A stretch of DNA of 57,818 bases, filler included, from Basidiobolus ranarum (taxonomy: Eukaryota): assembly GCA_040143965.1 (NCBI GenBank). It is 4 parts of 4 records of this genome, joined end to end, with 100 filler letters (N's around TTAATTAATTAA, not from the genome) between each part and the next. Parts side by side here need not be neighbours in the genome. Positions count along the whole stretch, not along the records: positions 1 to 14,417 come from JASJQH010007301.1; 3 more parts are not named here. One strand, 5' to 3'. The notes under the pieces are model-generated. The model was not told where the DNA came from. It worked only from the letters and a program-made list of their open reading frames with translations, and ran no database searches. The position numbers and the translations under genes are program-made. Shown one piece after another: positions 1-12,815 of the stretch; position 1 is the first letter of the stretch; every line of letters begins with the position of its first letter.

Positions 1-118
1 TCTCTAAAACCCTTTGTGGAAAGAACACTGATTTTATAAGGTGCATCTTCGGAAGGTTGTTGAGAAATATATAAACTTCAAATCGCTCCGAAAAGTACCA
101 CTACTCTACCGCCATACT

Positions 119-1300
119 ATGAGCTCGTATAGCACCCAGAACCAAATTAGTGACGATCAAGCCAGGATTGTTGCCCAAGAAACGATTTGGACCAATGTTG
201 TATCTATTATAATGGCGTCCACGGTTATTGCAATCTACTTCATCATCTACTTCTACAATAAGCGACTAGTGGATCGAGTCACTCTTCGATTAGCGGTGGC
301 CAACTCGGTTGCGGACTTGATATATAGCGCCATGATGCTTTGGGGAGCCTTCATCACAGCTGATGGGTTAGACTGTCACATATTTATGTGGGGTTTCATC
401 GAATTTACTATTCTTCCACTCTTCCTTAACATTGCCATTGCTACAAATCTTTGCGCTGTTTACGTCTGGGGAGTACAGCAAACTCAACGGTTTGAAGTTT
501 ACTACTTCACCGTACCCATCTTACTCTCATTAGCTATATCTATTCCATTACCTGCATTTCATCGCTTTGGATGGCTAGAAGATGCAAAACTTTGCTGGTT
601 CGTCCCAAATGGTCCAGAAACACTGATTTGGCTTGGACTGACCTATTACCTATGGATTGTGTTGAGTGTATTGATTTTGTTGATACAAGTGGCCCTTCTA
701 ATTCACAAACTAAAATCCGACCAAAAGCAAAACCTGAAACTAGGTGAGAAAGTCACCAACTCCCTAGCTACAACCAAAATGAGATTGGACAAAACAGTGA
801 AACAAGTACTCATCAGGATCGTCTTTTATCCTATTGTTCCTACGATCACTCAAAGTCTAAGTATCATTGTCTACACAAATGCTTTTATTAACGGTTATTG
901 GAATTTTGGTCTCATGTTTTCGTGGTGCTTTTTCACCGCCATACAAGGTACATTAAACGCCGTTGTATTCGCGTGTGATCCAGCTGTACAGAATACGTGG
1001 AAACAAGTTAAAAACCATCTAAGAACCAAGTATAAGCACGAAATTAACTGTCTTGAAACTGGTGAACTAGCGAGAGAACGAAGAATGAAGATTTGGCTTA
1101 TTCGTAAACTTCTAGGACCAGCACAATGTGCACAGACCGGATTTGTTAATAATAATCCATATTTCCAAGTGTTGACTGTAGCCACAAACTCCAATAGTGC
1201 AACCAAAAGTACTTCAAAGAATCCCCAATCTCAAAGTAATAGCGAAACAAGTACGTCTACAATGCAAGTTGACCCCATGAGCTCGCTATCTCATTACTAA
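119..1300 (+). CDS. Seven-transmembrane GPCR, cAMP-receptor-like/Git3-like family
   Basis: Intronless ORF with first ATG at 119. About 7 hydrophobic segments, 'DRVTLRL' after TM1, conserved extracellular Cys ('LDCH', 'LCWF'), 'RIVFYPIVP' in TM6, 'QGTLNAVVF' in TM7, and a Ser/Thr-rich tail. Confidence 0.8.
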   Translation: MSSYSTQNQISDDQARIVAQETIWTNVVSIIMASTVIAIYFIIYFYNKRLVDRVTLRLAVANSVADLIYSAMMLWGAFITADGLDCHIFMWGFIEFTILPLFLNIAIATNLCAVYVWGVQQTQRFEVYYFTVPILLSLAISIPLPAFHRFGWLEDAKLCWFVPNGPETLIWLGLTYYLWIVLSVLILLIQVALLIHKLKSDQKQNLKLGEKVTNSLATTKMRLDKTVKQVLIRIVFYPIVPTITQSLSIIVYTNAFINGYWNFGLMFSWCFFTAIQGTLNAVVFACDPAVQNTWKQVKNHLRTKYKHEINCLETGELARERRMKIWLIRKLLGPAQCAQTGFVNNNPYFQVLTVATNSNSATKSTSKNPQSQSNSETSTSTMQVDPMSSLSHY

Positions 1301-1886
1301 TAACATCTATCACGTGATACATGTCAGTTACAGTAGATATAATTCCTTCCTAACTTTAAATGATGTGTACCAGTTTTGACCAGATTTCTCTTCATGATTC
1401 AATTCTTCTTACAACGTTTGGCCATATGTATAATAACTCAATTGGAATCTCTTAAATAAAATCCTTTAACCGGCCCACATGGTGGAAATTCACAGTAGCC
1501 ACTTATTAGGTTGAAGTTTTCCTGCAAACATCTGGATTCCAGTCCACGTCTTAAACAGCGTATGTTAATATGGAAGCTACCATCGGTAACTAGTAGTTGA
1601 CTATGCATCATATTATGTATCAATTACTGGTAATCAGGATCTTGATCTAGTGACAATGTTTGTATTGTTGATACAGGATTTTGTTTCACACAATGGTGTG
1701 AATCCAGTCAAGTAAATTCCTACTAACAATGGTGTAGGAATACTCTGAATGTCAATTGTAACCGGTCAACTCTGGTTGGAATATCCCACTTTATCCTCTA
1801 TATGTGCCTTATTGTTCGGCTCATTGTGATCAAATACGTCACCCCTGAGTACCTGACATGTTGTGAAATCTGAAACATGATGTTTG

Positions 1887-2205
1887 TATTGAAATTAACA
1901 TAAGCATAAACACCTATATAGTCATATATAGCTTAGTATTCAGTTATGAAGTATTTCACAAGTTATCACCCATTATTCTCAATCGGAATCTACTTAGAAG
2001 TTTGAAGATATATAGATTTTGATAACTTGTGCTAGAAGCCCCAAACTTTGCATACATGTTCCTTAACACATTCTACACGCCTGTTTGTTTACATCTTGAC
2101 AAAACTATAAATGCCAACTTTCTACTGAATAAATTAATAAGTGAAAACCACCGATTCTTCTAGTTCTCCAAACCACTTTCAACAAACTCCCAAAATACTT
2201 CAACA
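1887..2205 (+). mobile_element. Solo LTR, copia family A
   Basis: Runs TATTGAAATT...TTCAACA and is similar to the other family A copies. Degenerate 5-bp TSD GTTTG (1882-1886) / GCTTG (2206-2210). Confidence 0.85.
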
Positions 2206-2396
2206 GCTTGATTATCTGATAATATCAAAATCTCAAGTTGATTATATTCAGTTGAAGTGTTGTCTAGTTGTAACGTTTCTTGTGAACTCTCTGATGAGAC
2301 TTATCAATTTGTTCGTTTTACTCTAACGTGTCGCTATGCCCACTAAGGAGTCTCCAATAGACCTCCGGAGGAATACGGACTCATATATCTTGAAAC

Positions 2397-2726
2397 TGTT
2401 GAAATTAGTATTGTCTAAACACCTACTTAGTCATATATAGCTTAGTATTTAGTTATCCTATATTGAACCAAGATATCACCCATTATTCTCAAGTGGAATT
2501 TACTTAGAAGTGGTCCGATATTTAGATTTTGAAAACTTGTGCTAGAAGCCCCAAACTTTGCATACATGTTCCTGTGACCTTCCTTGACACATTGTACACG
2601 TTTTTTTGCTTACATCTTGACAAAATTATAAATGCCAACTTTCAACGCAATAAATCAATAAGTGAAAACCACCAATTTTTCTAATTCTCCAAACCACTTC
2701 CAACAGGCTCCCAAAATACTTTAACA
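2397..2726 (+). mobile_element. Solo LTR, copia family A
   Basis: Runs TGTTGAAATT...TTTAACA, 330 bp. Flanks GAAAC/GAACC match at 4 of 5 positions. Confidence 0.85.
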
Positions 2727-3716
2727 GAACCTCTACCATAATTTACAAACTCTCTCTTAGGGCTTTAAATAGTCTTAAAAACTCTTTGTAACAGTTCAGG
2801 GAAAGTTGAGTAGCCTATGTCAGGAGACAAGGATGGCTAATGAAGAGCTTTGACTATGCTGGGCAATTTAGCTGTCTCATTGATATACTACTTAGCATTC
2901 TAAGTGGTACTGTTGATTTTGGGAAAGAATTTGAAATGGCGGGGCCAACTAGAGGAAATAGATGATAGCACTTGGGATATATTAGAAACTTTGAAGAAGA
3001 TATTCGGACAAAAGTACAGTAAAATTGCAGTGGCGAGGTCTAAATATGAAAATTTTGAACCATAGTATCAATTGAGGATCGATATATGACCATTCTCGAG
3101 CCCAGTATTGAGTAATATCAATCATTTGAAGCACAAAACTAGTGCTATAATTTTTTCTTGTAAAGCAGTTATTTAATGTTTGTGTAGATGTGACTGGCAC
3201 TGTCCTCTTGACCAGTTTAGCTCATATTTCTTGCCATTCCTTTTCAAACATGATACAGTTTGCCGCATCTAATGAACCTTGATGGATGATGAAATCTATC
3301 CAAGTGGTATACTAAATCGATAATCACCTCTAATTCAGTATGACTTAGATAAACACTAATTTATTGTTGACTGAACCAGTGCAAATTAGACAATTGCTGA
3401 CTCTGGAATTTCCATATAAATCATACGAATATTCTGCAATAGATTAATATATATATATGGGAGTTTCTTAGCTATTTTTAGGACTGGCTCTGGTCAAAAT
3501 CCCAGTCAGAGTATTTAATGTAGGCTGATTTGGCTTGTTAACACAGTTTTATAGCGAACGTAATTTAGACATCTAGATAATGAGTTGAGTCATCTGCACA
3601 CACATCTCTCGCCTATTATTAGCATGAATGTTACTAATGGACACCGCTCTACTAATGTCTAGTACAACTTGGAAAAGGGATGTATGGGATGGCAAGAGTA
3701 TAAGGCCAATGGTCGA

Positions 3717-4746
3717 TTAGAAAGGGAGGGATCTAAATTCTTCGTATTTAGGTGGATGAAGTACCGCGTTGTCGTACGTGGGTAGTGAATCATCAATTCC
3801 TTTGAGATGCTCAGAGAAAATTCGAACTGGTACACGGAGCATAAGATATTGACAATCCCCGAAGGAATCTACCAGATCCAAGCGAATAGATAAGTAATGT
3901 TTCAATCTGACGTAATCAGTACTGGAATCCACATCGATCAGTTGAGAGTCAGTAGGGATTTTTAGCTCTAGGAGCTGTGAAGCTTTAATGCCCATTGTCC
4001 AGGTGCAATTTAGCCTACTGACTCGGTGAACATGCGTTTTCGACCATATTTTCAAGGCAGTTCTATACTTCGTGGCCTCCATCAGACGAAGATGGACTTT
4101 TTTCATTCGAACCCCAGCTCTCAAGGGAATCATGTCTATATTGAATGGAATAATATCCCCAAAAGTATAGGAAGTGGTCGGAAGGAATACATAGAATTGA
4201 CACTGGTTTAGTAACTCTCCAGTCCTGTGGACAGGCTGCTCCCACTCAAAGGAAGTGGGGGATAAGGTACGCTCGACTTGAATACATTTCTCAACCCGTA
4301 TAGTAGAGCGCATACCTTGACGTTTAATCAACCCACCAAGAAGATAAGAAACACTGCCGCGTCTCGCACGCACACTCTCAGGCATATTCCCATTTAGGGC
4401 TATCTCGAAATCGTATTTGTAAATACCCTTTTGAAATTTATGGAATTCTCCTTCAGGCAACTCCAGGTACTTCTGCTGATAGGTGAAAAAAGTATCGCGA
4501 TAGAATTTATCAGCTTGCAGAAATGATTAATATGGCTGTAATTCATGAGATGTTTGCACTAACATATTTACCATTGATAAAAGCGTTGCCGTTGAAGCTC
4601 ACCATGATACAGTTGATCCTTGCATCGCGTTTAAGAGTCATAGTCATGTGACCTCGTAACACACACCCAGCTGATTCCTGACTATTTCCTCGTAGCACGA
4701 TACAATCGTTGCCAAGTTGAATATCTAGCGTATCCTGGCTCTGCAT
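3717..4746 (-). CDS. Alpha-arrestin (ART/Rod1-like Rsp5 adaptor)
   Basis: Two exons (4746-4572, 4513-3717); the GT-AG intron 4571-4514 joins the two ORFs in frame. Arrestin_N motifs 'LRG', 'YKYDFEIALNGNMPES' and 'VSYLL'; C-terminal PY motifs LPTY and PPKY. Confidence 0.85.
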
Positions 4747-6331
4747 CCAATTGAATGAAAGAAAAGTGGAGAAAAAAGAAAAAAACTACAGGAACTATTC
4801 TTGCCATACACCTAATTCACGCATCACCACTGGAGCTTATATGGTTTCCCCAGGTCAAAAAGGAAATCATGTGGCTGTCACTTCAAGCCATTTACAATGT
4901 GGAGTGGCACTCGATCCCCTCACCTCTTCCTCCTACCGTGTGTCTAACGTACACTCATAATAGTTCCAGCTAAAAATATCGAAACGAAGTGCCCAAATAA
5001 TAGTCAATGATGGATGCGTTGTTCCCTCTTCTGCCATTCCAATCAAATGGCCATTGTATGGATCAACCAATCGATTCTGCACTGAAAGAATGGATTCTGG
5101 AGATCCTATTGTAACAACATAACATAGTTCTGCAATGAATTTCTGACAGTTGTCGCCTATAGATAGATCTGGTAAGAGTCAGTTCTGAGGGTTGCTTGAT
5201 ATGGTAGGCTGATTAGGACACTCTGTTCTTGTGGCTGGGAGCCCTCCATTCGAAGCTTACTTGGCTGCTATCGGTACATATTTTTGGAACTTGAGCTGCA
5301 CATTAAGCTTCTTCTATGGTCTTGATGCATGCAAGTCAATGTCAAAGTTGAATTACTAGGGTAGACGTGGTTGTGATACAATCTGATTTTGAACCTCCTT
5401 AAATTTAAGCTCCATGCAATCTCTACTTCAACTGTGGCTCGATTTGGGTCACAGATCCGGTGGAAATAAATATCACCACCCAATGGTGACCCGAAGTGAC
5501 TACTCAATCTTCAAGTCGAATCATCTTCGGCAACGGTACTCAATGGTTGCTCGTTATATTAAGAATACCAATTCAGTGTAATCTAGAGAAATCAGAGCGA
5601 CTCCTATTTGTCACTGCGGAGTATCCCGTTAGTTCACAAGTTTGGTTAGTTATGGGCCTTGATGCGGCTCAAAAATGCCCACCGATAAACTAGTTGAGAT
5701 AAATCCTTTACTCATTACTGGCTAGATATGTTAGAGATCCTTCTTTTCCAACCACGTGATTTAATTGGTGTCCACTTTTATCCAGATCGGATATTTATCG
5801 AAACGACCCTACGCAAATACGTGAATGAAACGGAGATGCCCTTGGGGATTATGGCTGAGTAGTCGAAGCAGCAGTGCATACTACACTTGAAGAATATATA
5901 ATACTATGGACAAAATGCTTTGGTGAGAAGTGTATACGAGATTTTACTGAAGTTGGATATGAAATGAAGATAAAGCAACTCCAAAAACTAAGCAACCTCG
6001 AACCGAGATGGTGTCAAGATAGCAATAAAGTTATCTTGCAATTCCCACTAGTATACTTGAACTCGTCATATATCAACGAGGCGCCACACTTTTCACTTCC
6101 ACTCAAAGCCTATATTTGCAGTGTAGCCTTGTACACAAAATTTGGATCCCTGTTGCTTTTAATATCAGGTTACATCGAGTAATGCTATGTGTATTTGTTG
6201 TTAATACTCTCATTACGCTACAGCTAGGTCCAGGTATTAAGAGCAGATTAGAAAAATAACCAATATGTCACATGAGAGAGGTACGCAGGGGTATCTCTAA
6301 GATTGTCAATCCGAGCGATTATGAATGATAC

Positions 6332-6338
6332 TGAGTCA
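6332..6338. promoter_or_regulatory. Candidate Gcn4/CpcA (AP-1) site TGAGTCA
   Basis: Perfect TGA(C/G)TCA about 140 bp upstream of the HIS5 ATG. His genes are classic general amino-acid control targets. Confidence 0.45.
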
Positions 6339-6476
6339 TTTTTACCTTCTATATTCAGCAATCCTAGAAATCTTTTCCCAAATGAATCTTGTATTTGTCG
6401 TATCGACCCAAAGTGATAAACATATATATTGTTCAACGAACATCTTTATATCTCACTTTTACATACCCTTTTCAAA

Positions 6477-7760
6477 ATGACTCAATTCTCTTTAGAACGT
6501 ATCGTTAGACCAAATATTCTCGCTTTAGCACCATATCGTTGTGCTCGCGACGACTACTCTACAGGCATTCTTTTGGACGCAAACGAAAACTCCTTTGGCC
6601 CTTCCCTCGCTGATACCTCTGCTTTGCGACTAGATCTCGAAAGATACCCTGATCCTCTTCACAACGATATAAAAAAGCATTTATGTCTTTTACGAGATGT
6701 TCCTTCTCCTGAAAACTTCTTCTTAGGTGTAGGCTCTGATGAAGCTATTGATCTATTGATTCGTATTTTTTGTATCCCCGGCAAAGATAAGATCTTGGTT
6801 ACTCCGCCAACTTATGGCATGTACTCTGTATGTGCTCAAGTAAATGATGTTGGTGTTGTAAAAGTACCACTCACTCTTGACGATAAGAAGTTCCAACTTC
6901 AAACTGACAAAGTAAACCTTTTAATCTATATACTTTCAACTGGTTTGAAGTCACAAATATTGACCTAATTTCTTTAGGTATTCGAAGCACTACAACAAAA
7001 CCCCGACGTAAAGATAGTCTTTTTATGTTCACCAGGAAATCCTACTGGCTCACTACTTGCTAAAGAGGATATTCAAAAGATTCTCACATTCCCCGGCTTT
7101 AATGGAATCGTTATTGTCGATGAAGCCTACATCGATTTCGTGGAAGAGCAAAAAGGTGGCTCTACTGCTTCATGGGTCACTCAATTTCCTAATCTTGTTG
7201 TTTTGCAAACTTTGAGCAAGAGCTTCGGTTTGGCCGGTATTAGGTAAAGAAGATATATCAATTTAGAGGCACCGTATACTTACCATTGATGAAACTAACA
7301 CCTGTATTACAGAGTTGGAATCGCTATATCCACACCAGAGATCATCGCCCTCATGAATAACACCAAAGCCCCATACAACATATGCTCATTAAGTGCCGAT
7401 GTTGCCCTCAGCGCTCTTCAAGATTCCTCCATTGAGTTGATGAAATCCCGAGTTGATTTGGTGCGCCAAGAAAGAAAGAAATTCATGGAAAATGTTGTGA
7501 AGATTTCCGGCATTGGTGCTATCAAAGGAACCAATGATGCTAACTTCATATTAGTGGAAATCTTAGATAAAGACAACCAGAAGCCTTGTAACGAGCGGGC
7601 TCATAGAATTTATACTTATTTGGCTCAAGAGCGTGGTGTTGTCGTACGACTTCGTTGCATGGAGCCTGGATGTGCTGGTTGTTTGAGAATAACCATTGGT
7701 ACTCCGGAAGAAAACATCACTGTTCTTAAAGAGTTAGAACTAGCTCTCAAGAGTATGTAA
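6477..7760 (+). CDS. HIS5: Histidinol-phosphate aminotransferase
   Basis: Exons 6477-6911, 6978-7243, 7313-7760. Motifs 'LLDANEN', 'RYPDP', 'GVGSDEAID', 'CSPGNPTG', 'VDEAY', PLP-lysine 'TLSKSFGLAGIR' and 'CLRITIGT'. Confidence 0.96.
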
Positions 7761-9674
7761 ATTATTGATTCTTTATGTATTTTGATCAAATTACGTGCCA
7801 TAGTTAATCAATACCTCAGGAGTCATTGTATCTACTTCAATCCACAATAAATTAGAAGTGGTTCATTTCCAATTATATGATGATCATATCTGGTCGAATA
7901 TTCGCTTCAGTTGAAATAATACTCGTTGTTGAATTCTATCGCATTGCTTTATGAACTTATTTCAGTCAAGTTCCTATGGAATAGTAGCTTCAAAATAATG
8001 CACTACAGAACGAGATCTGGTCCATTGATTGATGCCCTTAAACGGAGTGTTCAAGATGTGTGACATCCTATGTTTCATTAATGTGCATGCTCATCATGTT
8101 CACCAGTTAATAATGAACCAGGAACTCCATCACTCTCACCGTCTCTATGGAGCTACCTGGCGCATTATTACATATTGATGACTGTTGTTAATATGTATAT
8201 ATATTTACATAATACATCGGAGATAAAGCAGATTAGATACCAAACTAAACTAACCTGGACATAAACTGCTCCATAGTATTATAAAGTTTCAACCATGTAA
8301 ACCCCTACAATGCTTGGTATTTTTAAAGTTCGTCATAGTTGTTGGACTCCAAGTTAATTTTTACTCTGGCAGTAGACCATGATCACCTCAAGATCTCCCC
8401 ACTAGTTCCAGATACTAGAGACAACCATTAATACAAGGGATGAAGTATTGAATATTCTGGTCAAGATAGTTGAGTTCCTACAGAATGGAAAATGTGGTTT
8501 TCATTGACAAACGCCTCAATGATCTTAACTGCTTCTATATGTTATATCTATATTGAAGAACAGTTCAAACTTTCCAAACATGAAGAGGGTGACTCTAAAA
8601 AAATCCAGTTCAGGTTCTGCCAAAGTATCTTTCATTTGGATAATTTCAGTGACTTGTCTCATTTATGGTGGAGTGTCTTACTGTAAACCATTCCCATATC
8701 AGGTGGCATGCTACACAAATACAAGACACAATATGAAGAAAATGTTTCAAATCTTAAATGAATCGACCCCATAGTACTAATTGCACAATATTAGTGCTAT
8801 GCGTAAACCAGAAATTCTGTAATCCACGCAAAACCAAGAGAGATATGGATGAGGTTAATGCACGTGGTAAATTTGATATTTCTTAACATCAAATTCTACT
8901 CTACTTTAACAACAATGCCCATCCCGAACACTCACAAGTCATGGCAAAGCGCATGAATTTCTGTTCCTCGCCATTGGATAGAAATTAGATTATCATGTGG
9001 TTAATGGATGTGAGGCAACTACATAATTTAGTAACATTTAAAAAAATTCAACCGTAACAGTTGGTTCGAATTTTCAAAGGAGAGTCCTTATCGATCCCAT
9101 ACTGACGCGGACTGGTTTTACCGAAAATCTATGGAATCTGAAACTAAGAATCTATATTTGGATCGGTGGTATTTTTACTTCCTATCGCTCTAATCATATC
9201 ATTCGTATTGTCTCAGATCAATCAACCAGTATGCGTTCATTTGTTCACTGAGTGCAACTCAATAATAGTAACAAACCAATTCGTTACATAGATTCCTATT
9301 GAGTGTCTTAAAAGTGACACACTAGACTGCAGAGGGAGGGGAGAAATTCTGGACTGCTTCTCGGTAACGATAATAATCATTTCCATTGCTAGTAGAGAAA
9401 CACAATATCTATATTTAGATTGGTCGGCGTCTCTGGATCTTTTGGACCTGTTCTCTCGTCGTAGTAATATGCTCTAGATATCCAATTTGAAATAGTAGGC
9501 TTATTTGGTCAAGTTAAAACGGTTGGTTTATTTGGGAATTTTTTGTGATTTGATATAATAATACAGGATGGCACAGAATACGTAGGGAGTATATAGGATA
9601 TTGGATTGTGATACAGAGGTTGAAAGTTAATAATACAAAATTAGAATTAACAAAACACTAAACGCTATGGTGCT

Positions 9675-11072
9675 TTAAAATGGTGTAAATTGAACGGTCT
9701 TTGGGTTGATCATAAGTTCTGCCGTAGCTTGAGTTAATTTCAGAGTGTTTAAGTTCAGCTTCACAATCTGAAGTTGTTTGTGATTTGCAACGGCTTGAAC
9801 AACCTTCTCGGTGACTGCAACTCTACCAAACTCTATGCTGTGCAGTGATCTACTCTCGCTTATCAGTTGACATAGCATCTCCTCAGTAGAGTTTGTTGAT
9901 GGCTCTCGACAGTTGCCTAGAACCAAAGTATTCAACTTGGAACAGTTCAAGATGGTTTTTAATTCCAGAAGTGTATAAGGAAGTCCACGTATATCTAAAT
10001 GTTGTAACTGAGGGCAGTGTTTGGATATAATTGGCAGAACATTCTCAATAACGTTGTTTGAATTTTGAGAGAGAATAATCCTTTTTAAATTGGCACCAAG
10101 TCGCTCTACTAAATTGGTGACTCCAGTAGCGGTAACAGAGGTTGAAGAGAGGTCGATCTCCTCTAATAAGGTACATTTGTTGGCTATTTCTGAAATACAC
10201 TCATCGTCAACGCATCTACAACAAGAGAGTTCAAGTACACGAAGATTTGGCAATTCGGAAATGCGTGAAATAGCTTCTTTGTTTGCTTGGGTAAAGAAAA
10301 GGCCACAAGATTGGAACCCAAAGCGCAGCTCTCTACAACTGAATCGGTGATGCTGGATCAAGGCATCAATTGTGCCATTGATGGAGCGAATACCTCGATC
10401 ACACACTAAAAACAGTTCCTTTAGCTGCTGTGGTGCTTGAGCAGAAATGATTTTGGCTATGGCTGCATCCTCGATATAATGGGCACGAATTCTAAGTTCG
10501 CGAATATTACTGCAAGCACGAGCTATCATCATTGCATGAGACAACTCCAAATCCTCGATATGAAGACATACACTCTTCAGGGATGGATATGATACTCCCA
10601 GAGGGAAAACTTCGGTTAGACTTAGCATTTCGACAAATACAAGTTTCTCGAGAACAGAGGAGCACTGCTCTCTAACTAATTTCCATAGCTTACGGGTCAC
10701 CTTATCTCCAGCAGTCAAGCTAAAATCACCATGCCAAGGCGCCATAAAACGAAAATCAAAGACTCTTAATACGGACAAGTAGTTTAGTTGGCTTTCATTA
10801 TCACTGTACTGGATAAAGTCTGACTCTTCTTTTGACAGAGTCGAGCCATTAGAAGCCAAAAGAGTTCGGACAAGTTGCTTGACCTGAAGTTCGTCACAAC
10901 CTGAATATTTGCCATACCTCGGAAGTGCCAGAGAGGCCCAAGGGTTACGGTAGAGTTGGCGAATTGTGGCTCGTCTCCAAGTATGCGAGACTTGGGTACA
11001 ATCATAAAGAGTAGGAAGATGGTTTCCGAGGAAACCAAAAGTATTTTCCAGGCATTCGAGAGGTAACTGCAT
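9675..11072 (-). CDS. F-box / RNI-like leucine-rich repeat protein
   Basis: ATG at 11072 gives 'MQLPLECLENTFGFL...LYDCTQVSHTWRRATIRQLYRNP' (F-box), followed by LRRs such as 'LRVLELSCCRCVDD', 'LEEIDLSSTSVT' and 'CPQLQHLDI'. Confidence 0.88.
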   Translation of the reverse strand: MQLPLECLENTFGFLGNHLPTLYDCTQVSHTWRRATIRQLYRNPWASLALPRYGKYSGCDELQVKQLVRTLLASNGSTLSKEESDFIQYSDNESQLNYLSVLRVFDFRFMAPWHGDFSLTAGDKVTRKLWKLVREQCSSVLEKLVFVEMLSLTEVFPLGVSYPSLKSVCLHIEDLELSHAMMIARACSNIRELRIRAHYIEDAAIAKIISAQAPQQLKELFLVCDRGIRSINGTIDALIQHHRFSCRELRFGFQSCGLFFTQANKEAISRISELPNLRVLELSCCRCVDDECISEIANKCTLLEEIDLSSTSVTATGVTNLVERLGANLKRIILSQNSNNVIENVLPIISKHCPQLQHLDIRGLPYTLLELKTILNCSKLNTLVLGNCREPSTNSTEEMLCQLISESRSLHSIEFGRVAVTEKVVQAVANHKQLQIVKLNLNTLKLTQATAELMINPKTVQFTPF

Positions 11073-12408
11073 TGTGATAGTTGAATATATTGAGAAAAAA
11101 ATAATAGAGCAGGGAGAAGAATCAGGGAAAAGTGGATCTAAAACAACAATCACTAAGGAAACCAATTGATATCAAAGTAGAATTCGTCAGAGACAAAGGC
11201 TTTATAGTAAGTGAATTCAAGACTGAGATAGAGTAGACCGATTTGTAATGCTGAAATCATCAACAATCTGAGTACGGCTGTTCTAAATAGGAAAATAATC
11301 AGGTAATATGGGATTATATTAAGGGACTTCAATATATTGATTTATGAACAAATGAAAGAACATCCAAAGACAGTTGCCTAATTCTGTACCCCAATATAGA
11401 TTTATGTATCGATTGCCTTCCAAATATTTTGTGTACACAACCGATTATGATTGCAACGAAGATAAAGCTTCTTACCACATTTGGATATGCACATGTCGAA
11501 TAGCATTGATCTTTCTTTCTAGGATGATATGAATCGCCCCACGTTATACTTGTTGGGACAGAGTGGGATTGTTGGATGGAAGGCCTTGAATGCACTTGAT
11601 TTGCTAATCATGACCATCACTCGGTGTTTTCGATAGCCTTACATAGGCTGGCATTGCTGGCTCTGATTACGTTCCACCTAAACTTTAAATGAATGCTTCG
11701 GCACGGTCACGATGTAGTCATGACCCATCGAAGCCTGTATTTTGAAAGACACCTGGGCTGGCATGGATCATGAGTGCTCAAACTATCAATTCAACGGCTA
11801 TTCTAGCGGGTCTGTGGTTCCCTACTAAAGAACGAACAAATTAAAGCCCATCATCTAGATCCTGGGGATGTTGTTCCTTGCACCCGATGGCGTTGGGGAC
11901 ATATCTAGTTAACTCCGTAGTATACAGTGGTGGTTTTAACCGAACGATAGAAGTATTCTGAGGCTTTGAGACTTTAAATGTGCAAAAGGCTATTGTCATT
12001 ATTAGTAATCGACAATCGAAGGGATCTCTAAGCATTACTATACTTGGGATGATATATATATGTTGATTGCAATCCATCAATCCATCGGTTTATCTTATCA
12101 TTGCGGCTGTTGTTTATATTTTATCTTGGGGATTTTCGTCTTTGAGCACTACAGAGCACATGCGATTCAGTATTCTTGCAAGGTCGATCTCTCTTGTATA
12201 GTGTGCTTGCCATTAGTGGCTCTCGTTAGCCCTTGATTCCCTAATTTTTCTTCTCTTCCTGGTGTTATTGTGAAGACTCCTCTAGGTCCATTTTGTGTCT
12301 CTTGAAGATGAGGCATTTATCACTGAGCTATTGAATGCATAGGAAGAGGATGTGAGAGGAACTTCCAAATTTATTAAGTACGAGATTTTACCTAGTAACC
12401 CCAACATA

Positions 12409-12700
12409 TGTTATTAAACAGGTTTCTTAAATACATATATACTATAGTTCACAATTGATTCACTTTTTTGCAACAATTATTCAAATGACAATCTTTCTGC
12501 ATTCACTGCACCTTTCGACTTCATGTTTATAAGTTTGTTGAAGTTTATTATCTTTATCATACTTTCCATCTCTCTCTTTGTGCACGTAACTATTCTGCAT
12601 ATCCCAACTAAGTTAGCTTTATTTAATTAAACATCACTTCGCTATAAATTGGAACATACATTTAGTATGTGTGAAATGTCCAAGAATTAGCAATGTTGAA
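12409..12700 (+). mobile_element. Degraded LTR relic related to copia family B LTR
   Basis: 12530-12640 resembles 14140-14250 ('ttgttgaagtttatt.t.tttatcata', 'aagttag'). Boundaries are uncertain. Confidence 0.35.
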
Positions 12701-12815
12701 CCTGAGATTTTTTTAGTCATCCAAATTAACCCCAGAATGACTTGTTTCACTCACACAGATGTTCAGAACACGATCCCATTATTTTTCTCTGTATTTACAC
12801 TGCAAGGTGTACTTC

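Noticed and set aside
895-1206. Numerous short antisense or overlapping ORFs in the ORF track
   Set aside because: They are shadows of real genes or TE fragments with no independent support.
2727-3420. Possible old EnSpm-related relic (brief similarity to ~21550-21660)
   Set aside because: Only a short match seen by eye; cannot be supported without an alignment.
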